From: a virus
Taxonomy: Duplodnaviria > Caudoviricetes
Direction: 5' to 3' (one strand)
DNA: 56,426 nt
Virus record (IMG/VR): IMGVR_UViG_3300020408_000007
Location: 1 to 56,426 of that record
Shown here: positions 35,195-45,083 of the stretch, in pieces
Layout of the letters: each line of letters begins with the position of its first letter
Numbering within the stretch: the stretch's first letter is position 1
Program-made: the position numbers and the translations under genes
Notes under the pieces: generated by a model
The model's input: only the letters and a program-made list of their open reading frames with translations
What the model was told of the DNA's origin: nothing
Databases searched by the model: none

Positions 35195-37090
35195 CTACAT
35201 ACTCTCGCCCCAGTTGTCTCCTATCTCAATATCTGTTTTCATTGGCACTTCTAGCTCTATTGCATCGCACATAATCTCTGCTATATTTTTAGCGGCCTGT
35301 TCATTTTCTATGCTGAAAGCGAGCTCGTCGTGCACCTGCAACAACGGCAGGCATCCCTCTTTGTACAAGTTTACCATTGCTTTCTTTGTCATGTCCGCAG
35401 CCGACGCCTGTATTAAACGGTTTAAAGCTTTGTATGCCTTGGACCGTTGCAGGGGGACCGTGGGCCCGTAATGTGCGCGGGCCTCATCATACTTCATGGC
35501 CTTGTGCATACCAAACTTGGTAGGCTCAAAGTCTGGGAACCTACACTTGCGGCCCAACAGAGACCGGATAGAGCCCTCTTCGTTACCGTTCTGGACACGG
35601 TCTTGCACAACCTTCATAAGCTTTTTAACAAACGGCACTCGCTGATCATACTGCCGTGTCAACTCTTTTGCCTCTTCCCCTGACAGGTCCAACTGGTCCC
35701 CTAGCTTGCCAACACCCATGCCGTACATCATGCCTAAGTTTATAACTTTTGCCTGCTTGCGCGGTATGTCTGCCATGTCCGCGACCATCGTATGAAAGTC
35801 CATGTCTGGGTTGTTCTTGTAGCCGTCAACAAATTCGTCAACTTTGGGCATAGGCTTGCCTGTGCGCTTTTGGTACAAAGCTGCAAAGTGTACAAGAATG
35901 CGAGGCTCTTGCTGTGAGTAATCTATGGACGCCCACTTTTCTTCCTCATTTGGTACAAAAACGGACCTAATTAAAGGCCCCAGTTTTGGATGGCGAGCGG
36001 GGATCTGTTGAAGGTTGGGGTTATTCATAGAAATTCGTCCCGAAACGGTCCCACCGTCGTCAGATCTAATTTGGTTTATGTGCCCGTGCACTCTGCCGTC
36101 ACGACCTATGTGCTTCTGCAGCCCGTCAATGAACGTGCCTTTACTTTTATTAAATTCTCTTGCCAACAGGATCTGCTTCGGCAAGGGGTGTTTGTGCGTA
36201 TTAAGGAAGCTTTTAGTAAACGACGGGGCGTCCTTTGTCGTCCTGGGGTAGTCAAGCTCCAACTTATCAAACGCCTTTGCGATAGAAGCTGCGGCCCATA
36301 TCTCCACGTCAAAGCCTACGAGCTTGTGCAGCTCCTCTCGCGCTTTCTTCTCTTCTGACAGCATAAACTGGGTTGCCCGTTCCATTGCATCTTGGTCCAC
36401 CCGTATGCCCTGCATGGTCATGTCAACAAGACAGGGCAGCAGGTCTCGTTCAAGCTCGTGAACCGTGGTCAGTTCTTCGCGTTCTATCTGAACTTTAAAA
36501 TATTTCCACAGCTCCAGTGTAAGCACCGCATCCTGCTCTGCATATTCACCTACAAAGTTGGCAGGCATGCGCCACATTTCGCCCTTGGGGTCAAAGCCAA
36601 ATTCTTTCGCAGCCTCGACCAAGGCACGTTCTGATTTGGTTTTGTTTATATGGTCATACGCAACAGCGTTCAGACTGTAACTGAAACGGTTCTCATCCAG
36701 CAGCGCAGCCACCACCATTGTGTCTATGATGTTGCCCTTAACTTCAAAGCCGCTTGCTTTCAGCCAACCAAGGTCATATTGAGCGTTGTGCATGACCTTA
36801 TCAGCAGGGCAGGCAAGCACCTTTTTCATATAGTTTCCAACGATTCGCTCGTCTAAGTTGCCCCCACCTTCGTGTTTTATAGGCAGATAGCCCTGCCAGC
36901 CGTCTACTGCCAGTGCAAAACCGACAACATAACCGTCCCTGCGGGGCCAGCCTGGGCCAAGCGTTTTGATGTTTGGGTCACATGTTTCAAGGTCAATAGC
37001 TATTTCTTTTGCGTCTGTCAGGTCTGGCAGCTCAAAGGGCGGAGCCCACTCAAAACTTTTTAATGGAGACATAAACTCAATTTCATTCAT
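35195..37090 (-). CDS. polA: Family A DNA polymerase with 3'-5' exonuclease
   Basis: IDLET (ExoI), HNAQYD, YAEQD, DYSQQEPR (motif A), KVINLGMMYG (motif B), QVHDE (motif C). Confidence 0.95.
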   Translation of the reverse strand: MNEIEFMSPLKSFEWAPPFELPDLTDAKEIAIDLETCDPNIKTLGPGWPRRDGYVVGFALAVDGWQGYLPIKHEGGGNLDERIVGNYMKKVLACPADKVMHNAQYDLGWLKASGFEVKGNIIDTMVVAALLDENRFSYSLNAVAYDHINKTKSERALVEAAKEFGFDPKGEMWRMPANFVGEYAEQDAVLTLELWKYFKVQIEREELTTVHELERDLLPCLVDMTMQGIRVDQDAMERATQFMLSEEKKAREELHKLVGFDVEIWAAASIAKAFDKLELDYPRTTKDAPSFTKSFLNTHKHPLPKQILLAREFNKSKGTFIDGLQKHIGRDGRVHGHINQIRSDDGGTVSGRISMNNPNLQQIPARHPKLGPLIRSVFVPNEEEKWASIDYSQQEPRILVHFAALYQKRTGKPMPKVDEFVDGYKNNPDMDFHTMVADMADIPRKQAKVINLGMMYGMGVGKLGDQLDLSGEEAKELTRQYDQRVPFVKKLMKVVQDRVQNGNEEGSIRSLLGRKCRFPDFEPTKFGMHKAMKYDEARAHYGPTVPLQRSKAYKALNRLIQASAADMTKKAMVNLYKEGCLPLLQVHDELAFSIENEQAAKNIAEIMCDAIELEVPMKTDIEIGDNWGESM

Positions 37091-37307
37091 TAGTCTCTCC
37101 TATTTCATATTGTAAACGTGCTAAATAAAACTGCGCTTTAGCAAGGTCCTCAGCAGGATTGCTCTTGTGCTCATACCGCCATATGTATTTGATTATCGCA
37201 CCCTGCAGGTAGTATTTGTAGCCCGGACCCAAAGCCGCTTTGATTGCATCAAGGCATTCTACCTTGCCAAGCGTGTAATGCTTGGGGCTGTTAACCATGT
37301 CGCTCAT
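37083..37307 (-). CDS. DUF3310 / T7 gp1.7-like protein
   Basis: DMVNSPKHY...ECLDAI...KYIWRY..K....EDLAKAQFYL. Confidence 0.8.
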   Translation of the reverse strand: MSDMVNSPKHYTLGKVECLDAIKAALGPGYKYYLQGAIIKYIWRYEHKSNPAEDLAKAQFYLARLQYEIGETNE

Positions 37308-38836
37308 ATCTGATAGCTCCTTATGCCGTCCATAGGTGAAACGATAAACAGGTTTTGCTTTGACCGTGTCACGCCTACATAAAACAATCGGTGCAGATCA
37401 TCTAACATCCGGCGACCTTCGCGTGTGTCTGAAGATATGGATTGATCAGAGGCATTTGATATGTCTGTGTACAGGACAACATTGGTAGCCTCACCGCCTT
37501 TTGTGCCGTGTATAGTAGAGACCTTGATCCGTGGTGCGCGGTTTAAGTCCTCTCCTCTACGAAGCAGCGCAGCTATATAGGTTTTGTTGTCTTCGGATAT
37601 CTTGTCCATAGCCACGTCCCACGTCATGTCTTTGGTTGCAAGCAGCCCCATGTTTTCCTGCAAGCTTGCCAGCGTGAACATATCGTCAGCCTGTGTGTTA
37701 GGTAAATTTTTAAAACCTCGCTTTATGCGGGTGATGGATTTCATAAAGTAGTACAGGTCTTTCACAGCATTAGCAGTGACTTCTTCGCCTTTGACGAGGG
37801 ACTTCCAAGTATCCAAGGCAATAGCCAACTTCAAACTAATGCTTCTGTAGCCCCTGTTTTCGAAGTAAAAACCGTGTTGTTTCAACGATTCGCACACCTC
37901 GTTGAGCATATAGTTGCACTGAGCCATGATCATCCAATCGCCTTTTTTAAATTTTTCTATGTCAGGCTCAAATATGTGATGGACAGTGCCGTCCTCTGGC
38001 TTTGGGTTGTAGTGCTTTGGACGACGGATAGTAATGCGATTGGCTATCCGCTGCGCTACCTTATGCACTGTGCGGGGCACACGATAGGACTGTGAAAGAA
38101 CCTCTGACCCTTCTTCTACATTTAAAAAATGCTCAACGTCAGCCCCAGCCCAACGATAAATAGCTTGGTCATCATCGCCTGCTGCATACATACGTCTAGA
38201 TTTTTCGTTGAGAACGTGGGCTATCTCCCACTGCAGGGGTGATAAATCCTGCGCTTCATCAAGAAAGGTAACGTCAAAACGTGGGCAGACCCGTGAGCCG
38301 TTTTGAGAGAACCATTCTAATATGTCAGTGTAGTCATACAGGCGGTTTGCTCTCTTATACTTGCGATAACACTCATCTATGTATTTTACCGTCGTGAGCG
38401 GTTCCTCGATGCCGCTATGCCTATATGTCTCATCAATTACCTCTTTCTTGAGCCGTGAGAGCTGTATAAGCTGCATGATGGGGTTATCCCTAGCTGCCGC
38501 ACCTATATCGTCATCTTCGCTCCCTGACGAGGCTCTGAGGTTGAATCCAATTGTATTGCCTAACTCAACCAGATGTTCTGATGCCAAGAGCTGGTCTCGT
38601 TTGATGTCGGACAGATTGTAACAGAAGCTGTGCAGGGTGCGAAAAAAGTATAAATCGTGCTCTGTATCCAGATTAAACCGTGATGCTGCACGTTCTTTTG
38701 CCTCCCGCGCGGCCTTACGAGTAAAAGCAAGGAAAGCTATTTGCCCTGGAGGTGTGCCCTTTTCTATGGATTTTTCAACCATATCAAGGAGCGTAGTTGT
38801 TTTGCCTGTACCTGGCGGGCCATATATCACAAACAT
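37304..38836 (-). CDS. UvrD/Rep-like SF1 helicase
   Basis: GPPGTGKT, AFTRKAA, DEAQD, GDDDQAIY, STIHGTKGGE, YVGVTRSK. Confidence 0.9.
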   Translation of the reverse strand: MFVIYGPPGTGKTTTLLDMVEKSIEKGTPPGQIAFLAFTRKAAREAKERAASRFNLDTEHDLYFFRTLHSFCYNLSDIKRDQLLASEHLVELGNTIGFNLRASSGSEDDDIGAAARDNPIMQLIQLSRLKKEVIDETYRHSGIEEPLTTVKYIDECYRKYKRANRLYDYTDILEWFSQNGSRVCPRFDVTFLDEAQDLSPLQWEIAHVLNEKSRRMYAAGDDDQAIYRWAGADVEHFLNVEEGSEVLSQSYRVPRTVHKVAQRIANRITIRRPKHYNPKPEDGTVHHIFEPDIEKFKKGDWMIMAQCNYMLNEVCESLKQHGFYFENRGYRSISLKLAIALDTWKSLVKGEEVTANAVKDLYYFMKSITRIKRGFKNLPNTQADDMFTLASLQENMGLLATKDMTWDVAMDKISEDNKTYIAALLRRGEDLNRAPRIKVSTIHGTKGGEATNVVLYTDISNASDQSISSDTREGRRMLDDLHRLFYVGVTRSKQNLFIVSPMDGIRSYQI

Positions 38837-40389
38837 TAGAAAGGTATATCCTGTTCGTCCACCTCAAATTCTGGGGACTTTATTGTGGTGTTAGAGATTT
38901 GGTAAGCAGGAATAGCCCACACACGAACGACACGTCCGCTAATCCTTAATATTGTAGATTCACCGCCTATGTCCCGCAACCTCTGTGAAATTTGGTGTGT
39001 TTTAAACTCAAAGAACCGTTGTCTTTTTAAAAAGTTCTCTAGGTCACGCAAACGAAAGAAGGTTTGTTTCTTCTCTTCATCAGTCCACGGGCGACGCAGA
39101 AGGATCTCCTCTTTGTCAGCAGCGGTCTGCATATTGCGACAGAAGTCTTCCAAGTAATCATAGAACGCACCGTCAATAGACGAATCTTCTGACGCTTCCA
39201 TCACCCCACCTTCGGTCTCTGTCATGTCCCGCAGCAATGCTGCAACACGGTTTTCCCAGATGTTCTTACTGACAGTAGGGGGCATGACGTTAAGCTGTTC
39301 AATACAACTCTTTTGAAACGCAGCTTGGCTTTGCAGACCCTCTGTAGCTAACTCAAGAGGCTCGCCATTTACGTCCATAAACCAGATGGGCGGCTTTGAA
39401 TTGTATTTGCGTAGGTTTGCAACAGAGGCAGATTGCCCGACGTTGCCTACACCATACTTCCGGGTCAGACACTTGTCTCTATCGCAAAATTCATTGATAG
39501 GGGCGTCTGAGCATTTGTATTGGTAGTCTTTTCGGTTAAGTTGCCTGACCAATATGTTGACCTCTGCCAAGGGCAACGGCGGGTCAAAGTGCGCCATGTT
39601 GTACTGCATCAGCTCGTTTTCCCATGTATCAGGGAATGCCTTGCGTAAATAAACACCGACGTTAAACAGACCATTGTTGCGAGTACCCTCTGGAAAGCCT
39701 TGGTTGCATAGATGCTGCAGGCAAGGCGGCCCGTCTTTAATTGGTGTGCGGTCCTGCTTCTCTACGCTCAGAGCTTCTATTTGCTCTACGGTTTGGACAG
39801 CCTCTTCATACAGACCGAAGAACTCTTCGAGAGTTGCAGCGGAACCATCTGCCTTAAATGCGTAGCGCAAACTTTGTTCATGGTCATAGTAGGGGAGGTT
39901 AAGAAAGTTTCCAACGTCTCCCCTGTCGAGTTGTAGTTTTATCTGCTTTGGAAAAATTTCGCTTCCAGCATAACCCAGTGCCGCTGAAATAGAGGTAAGC
40001 GTGTCTTGTAGAATTTTTGCACTAATCCAATCTTTAGAAAAAAGAAAAACATGTGCTCCCCCTGACTTGGAACGACATACAATTAAAGGCAGCTTCATTT
40101 CTACAATCTTATCAAGCAGCTCTTTGTGATTAAAACCAGTATACTGGTCTATGTCGATACAGCCCCATTTACAATTGTTGTCCGCATTAATCGGAATGAT
40201 ACCAATTGCTGGGCCCTTACCAGACAAATGGCCTTCCCATGTTTGTGCAGTCCTGGGAGAACGCAAAACACTAGCTTGCCCTGACTGCTTGCCATTGACT
40301 TGTTGTTTCTGGATCTCATAGGTGCCATACGCCTCTTCGAGCCCAGCGAATATTTCTGAGAATTTATCTGCGGACATATTACCCCCCAA
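38836..40389 (-). CDS. DNA primase (AEP-type primase-polymerase-like)
   Basis: CIDID, RSKSGGAH, EIFPKQ, LNLPY, PPCL, EGTRNN. Confidence 0.75.
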   Translation of the reverse strand: MGGNMSADKFSEIFAGLEEAYGTYEIQKQQVNGKQSGQASVLRSPRTAQTWEGHLSGKGPAIGIIPINADNNCKWGCIDIDQYTGFNHKELLDKIVEMKLPLIVCRSKSGGAHVFLFSKDWISAKILQDTLTSISAALGYAGSEIFPKQIKLQLDRGDVGNFLNLPYYDHEQSLRYAFKADGSAATLEEFFGLYEEAVQTVEQIEALSVEKQDRTPIKDGPPCLQHLCNQGFPEGTRNNGLFNVGVYLRKAFPDTWENELMQYNMAHFDPPLPLAEVNILVRQLNRKDYQYKCSDAPINEFCDRDKCLTRKYGVGNVGQSASVANLRKYNSKPPIWFMDVNGEPLELATEGLQSQAAFQKSCIEQLNVMPPTVSKNIWENRVAALLRDMTETEGGVMEASEDSSIDGAFYDYLEDFCRNMQTAADKEEILLRRPWTDEEKKQTFFRLRDLENFLKRQRFFEFKTHQISQRLRDIGGESTILRISGRVVRVWAIPAYQISNTTIKSPEFEVDEQDIPF

Positions 40390-40397
40390 ACAAAAGT

Positions 40398-40426
40398 CCT
40401 CTAGTCAGCACAATACTGACTAGAGG
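40398..40426 (-). terminator. Intrinsic terminator after the SSB-like gene
   Basis: 11-bp stem CCTCTAGTCAG/CTGACTAGAGG followed by ACTTTTGTTT on the minus strand. Confidence 0.7.
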
Positions 40427-40439
40427 TGATGTTATTTGT

Positions 40440-41264
40440 TTAGAATGGTAGGTCGCCGCCTGAGTCGTCAGCAGTCTCTTTACGTGATTCTGCAGTCTCT
40501 TCAGCAGGTACAGGGTCATGCTCATGTTTGACTGTAACTTCACCCTTTTCAATTGAGGCGTTAAACTCTTTCGCCGCCTTGTACTGGTGCTTTTCAGATA
40601 TCGGGCTATCGAGGCTCATTTCCCAACCGTGCCAACTTCCTTTGCTGTTTTCTTCGCTCACAGTCTTCAGAAGATAAATGTGGCTAAACATCGGCGGCGT
40701 GAAGGGTCCGTTTTCCCCATTCATCTCACGCGACATAATCATGCTCATCCACTTACGAGACTTTTTAAGTTGCGTAGATTTCATTGCAATCAGCGCATTG
40801 GTCATGCCACCCTCTGGGTTTATCACTTTTACATACCATTGAGCTGTCTGCTCGACATAATCACCTGATCCGTCATCGACATATTCTTTGTTGTCATTTG
40901 GATCTCGATTTGTCTTAGGCAGATTGGGGTCATTAGCCTCGTGTATCATCACTGGTGCCGCGATACCCGTGCCTCGTGGTTGCCACCTTATAAACTTTCT
41001 TTGATAAGCGCACGGTATAACTTTGATACCCTCTTTGCCTTTATAGACTTCTCCCGTAACAGTGTTAACGATGTCGCCTTTGCGTACATCGTCACGCTCA
41101 TCAAGAATACCGTCCAAGCCAGATACAATCTTAAGAAAGGGCAAGGCCATATCTTCATTAGATACATTCTGAATACCTGCGCTTGCGTCTGCTTCAAACA
41201 TAGAAACGTCGAACTCCGCTACCGCAGTCGCCTGCTCCTTTTTCACAACTTGCTTTTCAGTCAT
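40440..41264 (-). CDS. Putative ssDNA-binding protein
   Basis: LPFLKI, MKSTQLKKSRKW, KGSWHGW, acidic DLPF tail; start at ATG 41264 (GGAGG upstream). Confidence 0.6.
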   Translation of the reverse strand: MTEKQVVKKEQATAVAEFDVSMFEADASAGIQNVSNEDMALPFLKIVSGLDGILDERDDVRKGDIVNTVTGEVYKGKEGIKVIPCAYQRKFIRWQPRGTGIAAPVMIHEANDPNLPKTNRDPNDNKEYVDDGSGDYVEQTAQWYVKVINPEGGMTNALIAMKSTQLKKSRKWMSMIMSREMNGENGPFTPPMFSHIYLLKTVSEENSKGSWHGWEMSLDSPISEKHQYKAAKEFNASIEKGEVTVKHEHDPVPAEETAESRKETADDSGGDLPF

Positions 41265-41842
41265 TTTTTTGCCTCCTTGATTAATGCCCGTTGACCGATA
41301 TGTGCCCCAAATAACTCCATAGGGAAGGGCTCGCCTTTTTCTGTTTGGTCTTTTACCCAAGCTCTGAGTGTTGATGAGTGGACGCTTTCTGCCTGTTCTG
41401 GCGACAAGCCCTGTTCGGAGACCTTTGACAGAAATTCTGCTGCTTTTTGGTCTTCCCCCATGCCGAAGTTTACTGACACGATATTTTTTACCATGTCCCC
41501 ATGTCCATTCTGCCGCAACCATTCGAATGCCTCCTCTCTTTTATCCACTGGTATTGATGCTCCATACGTTTTTTTGATTTCAACTTCAGAACCATCTTGC
41601 AGTTTAAAAGAAGATACACCCATTTCCATGAGCATTTGTGGTAGCTCATGGTCAGACATTTTATACAACTCTTTCTTCGCCTCTCTAACCTTTTCTTCTA
41701 GGTTCTTGACGAGACTTTGTTGGTCTGTAATTTGTTGGGCTAATTTTGCGACACCTTTCAGATTGCTATCATCAAACGTGCCAAGTGGTGATTTGGAAGG
41801 GGACTTTATATCCTCTTCCATCAAAGACGTTAAGTCACTCAT
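41261..41842 (-). CDS. Conserved replication-module hypothetical protein
   Basis: LPQML, FKLQDGS, AFEWLRQNGHGDMVKN, VHSSTLRAWVK. Confidence 0.65.
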   Translation of the reverse strand: MSDLTSLMEEDIKSPSKSPLGTFDDSNLKGVAKLAQQITDQQSLVKNLEEKVREAKKELYKMSDHELPQMLMEMGVSSFKLQDGSEVEIKKTYGASIPVDKREEAFEWLRQNGHGDMVKNIVSVNFGMGEDQKAAEFLSKVSEQGLSPEQAESVHSSTLRAWVKDQTEKGEPFPMELFGAHIGQRALIKEAKK

Positions 41843-41880
41843 TTCTTTCTCCTGTCGTCGTTGAGTGTTTCTTAAAACAC

Positions 41881-41920
41881 TTGATATATCCTATATAAAT
41901 GTATACATTAACATAGTCAA
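41881..41920. promoter_or_regulatory. Overlapping divergent promoters
   Basis: Plus: TTGATA-17-TACATT; minus: TTGACT-17-TATATA. Confidence 0.5.
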
Positions 41921-41930
41921 GGAGATTAAT

Positions 41931-43385
41931 ATGCAAAAATATAAGTTCAAAACCAAACCGTATGAGCATCAAAAAACGGTCTTGGAAGATTCGTGGTCCG
42001 CGAGTAATTATGCTTTATTTATGGAAATGGGGACAGGCAAATCGAAGATTGCAATAGACACCATCGGAGCCTTGTTCGAGGACGGTAAGATCGACACAGC
42101 GTTCATTGTTGCTCCAAAGGGTGTCTTTCACAACTGGTCACAAAAAGAAATTGTAGCGCATTTGCCAAACCACATACAGCGCAAGGTCCTTAGTTGGCAA
42201 CCTAACATTACAAAAACTTTTAAAAGTCAGTTTGAAGAGTTCTGTAAGAATACTGATGAGCTACGTATATTTGTTATGAACGTAGAATCGTTTAGCACGA
42301 GTAAAGGAGCTACGACGGCTGAATGGTTTGGGAAGAATTTCGGTGAAAAGGGTATGATGGTTGTTGATGAGTCTACAACAATAAAGAACCGAAAAGCTGC
42401 CCGGACTAAAGCTGTTGTAAAGACGGGGGAGTTATTCGCATATAAGCGTCTCCTGACAGGCTCCCCCGTCACCAAATCACCTATGGACCTTTACTCTCAG
42501 TGTGAGTTTTTGGGCCAAAGCATGTTGGGTTTTCCAAGCTATTTTGCGTTCCAGGGTAGATATGCGGTTCTGCAAAGACGCACAATGGGGCATAGATCTT
42601 TTCAACAAATTGTTGGGTTCCAAAGATTAGAAGAGCTCAATGCCAAACTCGATGTATTCAGCAGGCGTATCTTAAAAAAAGAATGTTTGGACCTGCCTGA
42701 AAAGATATATGTCAGACGCGAGGTAGACCTCACAGACGAACAGAAAAAACTGTATACACAAATGTCAAAGCTTGCACTCGCTCAATTGCGGGACGGCAGT
42801 CTGGTCAGCACCAACAATGTACTTACGCAGATTATGCGCTTACAACAGATCTGCTGCGGGTTTATCAAGAATGATGATGACTTGATTAGTGAAGTAAAAT
42901 CTAATCGACTTCACGAGCTTGTGAATATCTGTGAAGAAACTACTGGCAAAGTCATTATATGGGCAACTTTTGTTCACGATATTGAGAAAATTTGTGACAT
43001 GCTCACAAAAGAATTTGGCATAGAAAGTTTTGGTGCGTTCTACGGGGCAACCGCGCAGGAGCAAAGGCAAGAAATTGTAGACCAGTTTCAAGACCCCAAT
43101 TCAAACATGCGCTTCTTTGTAGGTAACAGCCGCACTGGTGGGTTTGGTTTAACTCTAACAGAGGCCAGCACCGTGGTGTATTACAGCAATAATTATGACC
43201 TTGAGATAAGGCTGCAGTCAGAGGATAGAGCGCACCGCATTGGTCAAAAGAATAATGTAACTTATGTGGACCTCGTTAGCCCCAAAACAATTGACGACAA
43301 GATATTGACGGCTTTGCAAAATAAACAGAACATTGCAAATATGGTTTTAGGTGAGGAAATAAAAGAATGGTTCGAAACAGAGTAG
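41931..43385 (+). CDS. SNF2-family helicase
   Basis: EMGTGKS, VDES, LTGSP, GGFGLTLT, QSEDRAHRIGQ; start at ATG 41931 (AAGGAG upstream). Confidence 0.9.
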   Translation: MQKYKFKTKPYEHQKTVLEDSWSASNYALFMEMGTGKSKIAIDTIGALFEDGKIDTAFIVAPKGVFHNWSQKEIVAHLPNHIQRKVLSWQPNITKTFKSQFEEFCKNTDELRIFVMNVESFSTSKGATTAEWFGKNFGEKGMMVVDESTTIKNRKAARTKAVVKTGELFAYKRLLTGSPVTKSPMDLYSQCEFLGQSMLGFPSYFAFQGRYAVLQRRTMGHRSFQQIVGFQRLEELNAKLDVFSRRILKKECLDLPEKIYVRREVDLTDEQKKLYTQMSKLALAQLRDGSLVSTNNVLTQIMRLQQICCGFIKNDDDLISEVKSNRLHELVNICEETTGKVIIWATFVHDIEKICDMLTKEFGIESFGAFYGATAQEQRQEIVDQFQDPNSNMRFFVGNSRTGGFGLTLTEASTVVYYSNNYDLEIRLQSEDRAHRIGQKNNVTYVDLVSPKTIDDKILTALQNKQNIANMVLGEEIKEWFETE

Positions 43386-43555
43386 AAGACGGCCCTATCA
43401 AGAAAGCTTTGGACACGGGCCGTTGTCCGCGTTGCTTGTGCCAGATGCAGCCTGTCGATGTTCACGGGCATCAGCAATGTGCTGTGTGCAAGTTTTATAT
43501 TGTTGAATGTTGTGACGGCGAAACGTGTTTAAGTGCGCCTGCTCAGGAAGCTTAA
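43367..43555 (+). CDS. Small Cys-rich (zinc-ribbon) protein
   Basis: CPRC...VHGHQQCAVC...ECCDGE. Confidence 0.55.
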   Translation: MVRNRVEDGPIKKALDTGRCPRCLCQMQPVDVHGHQQCAVCKFYIVECCDGETCLSAPAQEA

Positions 43556-45082
43556 AAGCTCTCCAACGCCCATGTCTTTGCCTTGAAGGGGTCTTCTAAA
43601 TTCAATACCTGGGCTGTTTGGGTTCACGTTAAAATTTAAAGTTCCCCCGCCAAATGGGACAGATGTATTAGGGCCTTGCTCCGTTAACAAATCTTGAAGC
43701 AGGCCAGAGTTCAATAAGTCTGCAATAGATGGAATATCTAACTCTGCTAATGCTGTGCTATCTCTTAAATCTCTTGTTGGGGCTTGCGACTCTCCAACGC
43801 CCCCAAAAGATCTGCTTTCGGGCCCTAACAGGTCTAGGAACTCTTGACGATTTAAACCCACGTTGGGAGCGTTTCTTGGGCGGTCAAATCCTTCGTTAGG
43901 AGCGTTTCTTGGGCGGTCTTCAAATCGCATTAAACCTTCGTTAGGGGCATTCCTTAATTCTGGAAATAGGTCCTGAACTGTAAAAGTATCTTCAGGTTTT
44001 GCAGGGTTCATACCCACATTGGAAGCGTTTCTTAGTTCTGGAAATAAATCCTCAAGTGTAAACGTATCTTCAGGCTTTGCGGGGTTCATACCAAAGTTTC
44101 TTGCATAAGTGTCCGGCAAAGGTAAATCCGGTCTTGGTGCCGGAGACGACGGGTCTCTCAACATATCTGCTACTGTGTTGTCATCAAGCCTTTGGTCAAA
44201 CTCAGCGGGCATCATGGGGCCTTGTGGGTTAGCCTCTTCAACAGCTATGGGTGTAGCAATGGGAGTGTTGATTGGAATGGATTGAGCTAAAGCGTCAACT
44301 TCTCTGCTTGGGTCTCTAGACCCCATTACAGGTCCGCTTGCAACCGGGGCTTGTTGCTGGTTACCAAAGGCTAAACCTTGCAACCGATCACCCAAACTGC
44401 TTTTTAGTTGTTCAGCAAGGGTTGGATTTTCTCGTTCTCTCATTTCAGGAGTGACCCTGCTTGCAAGATAAGGATCTTCCGTGCCTAATCCACTTAAAAA
44501 AGATCCTGCAAAAGGAACTGCTCCTATACCTGTTCTGACTAATTGCTCTCCCGGACCCATCTGACGAGTGACCATTTCAATAGGACCTTGGTATGTGCCT
44601 CTACCCGCGCGGTCAATGCCCCCACTTGTAATTTTGCCGCTTTCGTCGATATCAGGATTTCTATAAAGGTCATACTGTCTTTGTTTAAATCGAGCTGCAC
44701 TAGTGCCCGGTTTTCTATTATGAAGACGATCAAGGTCACGAAACTGCTGGCTGTAATCTATGCCTTTGCCGCCCAGTGACCGATTAAACCTATCTAGAAA
44801 TGCTGCAAAACCTGATGGTCTTCTCCCAAAGGGATTTCTATCGGTAATACTGTAAGTCTTTTCAAACTGGTCTTTTGTCAAGCCAGCTCCTGGGCGAGCG
44901 ATAAATCTGTTGTTATCGTCGCCGTCGCCCCCGCCTCCGCCATAAACTTGGTCGGAAGTATATCCCAACTGAGATGCGGCAGTGCCTCTACCCGGTCCGC
45001 CCGTAGAAACGTAAGTACTTTCCCCTGTTGCGGGATTTACACCACCGACATCAAACGGATCGTATTCGTCTTCCATTGCCAT
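43529..45082 (-). CDS. Low-complexity putative internal virion protein with tandem repeats
   Basis: G/P-rich; internal 26-aa and 11-aa repeats. Confidence 0.55.
   Translation of the reverse strand: MAMEDEYDPFDVGGVNPATGESTYVSTGGPGRGTAASQLGYTSDQVYGGGGGDGDDNNRFIARPGAGLTKDQFEKTYSITDRNPFGRRPSGFAAFLDRFNRSLGGKGIDYSQQFRDLDRLHNRKPGTSAARFKQRQYDLYRNPDIDESGKITSGGIDRAGRGTYQGPIEMVTRQMGPGEQLVRTGIGAVPFAGSFLSGLGTEDPYLASRVTPEMRERENPTLAEQLKSSLGDRLQGLAFGNQQQAPVASGPVMGSRDPSREVDALAQSIPINTPIATPIAVEEANPQGPMMPAEFDQRLDDNTVADMLRDPSSPAPRPDLPLPDTYARNFGMNPAKPEDTFTLEDLFPELRNASNVGMNPAKPEDTFTVQDLFPELRNAPNEGLMRFEDRPRNAPNEGFDRPRNAPNVGLNRQEFLDLLGPESRSFGGVGESQAPTRDLRDSTALAELDIPSIADLLNSGLLQDLLTEQGPNTSVPFGGGTLNFNVNPNSPGIEFRRPLQGKDMGVGELLSFLSRRT
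43858..44092. repeat. In-frame tandem repeats (78 bp x2, 33 bp x2)
   Basis: GMNPAKPEDTFT..DLFPELRNA.N twice; DRPRNAPN twice. Confidence 0.85.
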
Positions 45083-45083
45083 C

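Noticed and set aside
35195-37090. HMO-2011-type polymerase with DnaJ insertion, or an intein
   Set aside because: No CxxCxGxG repeats, and the length leaves no room for an intein.
41265-41522. N-terminal extension of the SSB-like ORF (40440..41522)
   Set aside because: Overlaps the gene 41261..41842 in another frame; a good RBS precedes ATG 41264.
41865-41930. GTG start of the SNF2 helicase at 41865
   Set aside because: Falls within promoter DNA; AAGGAG precedes ATG 41931.
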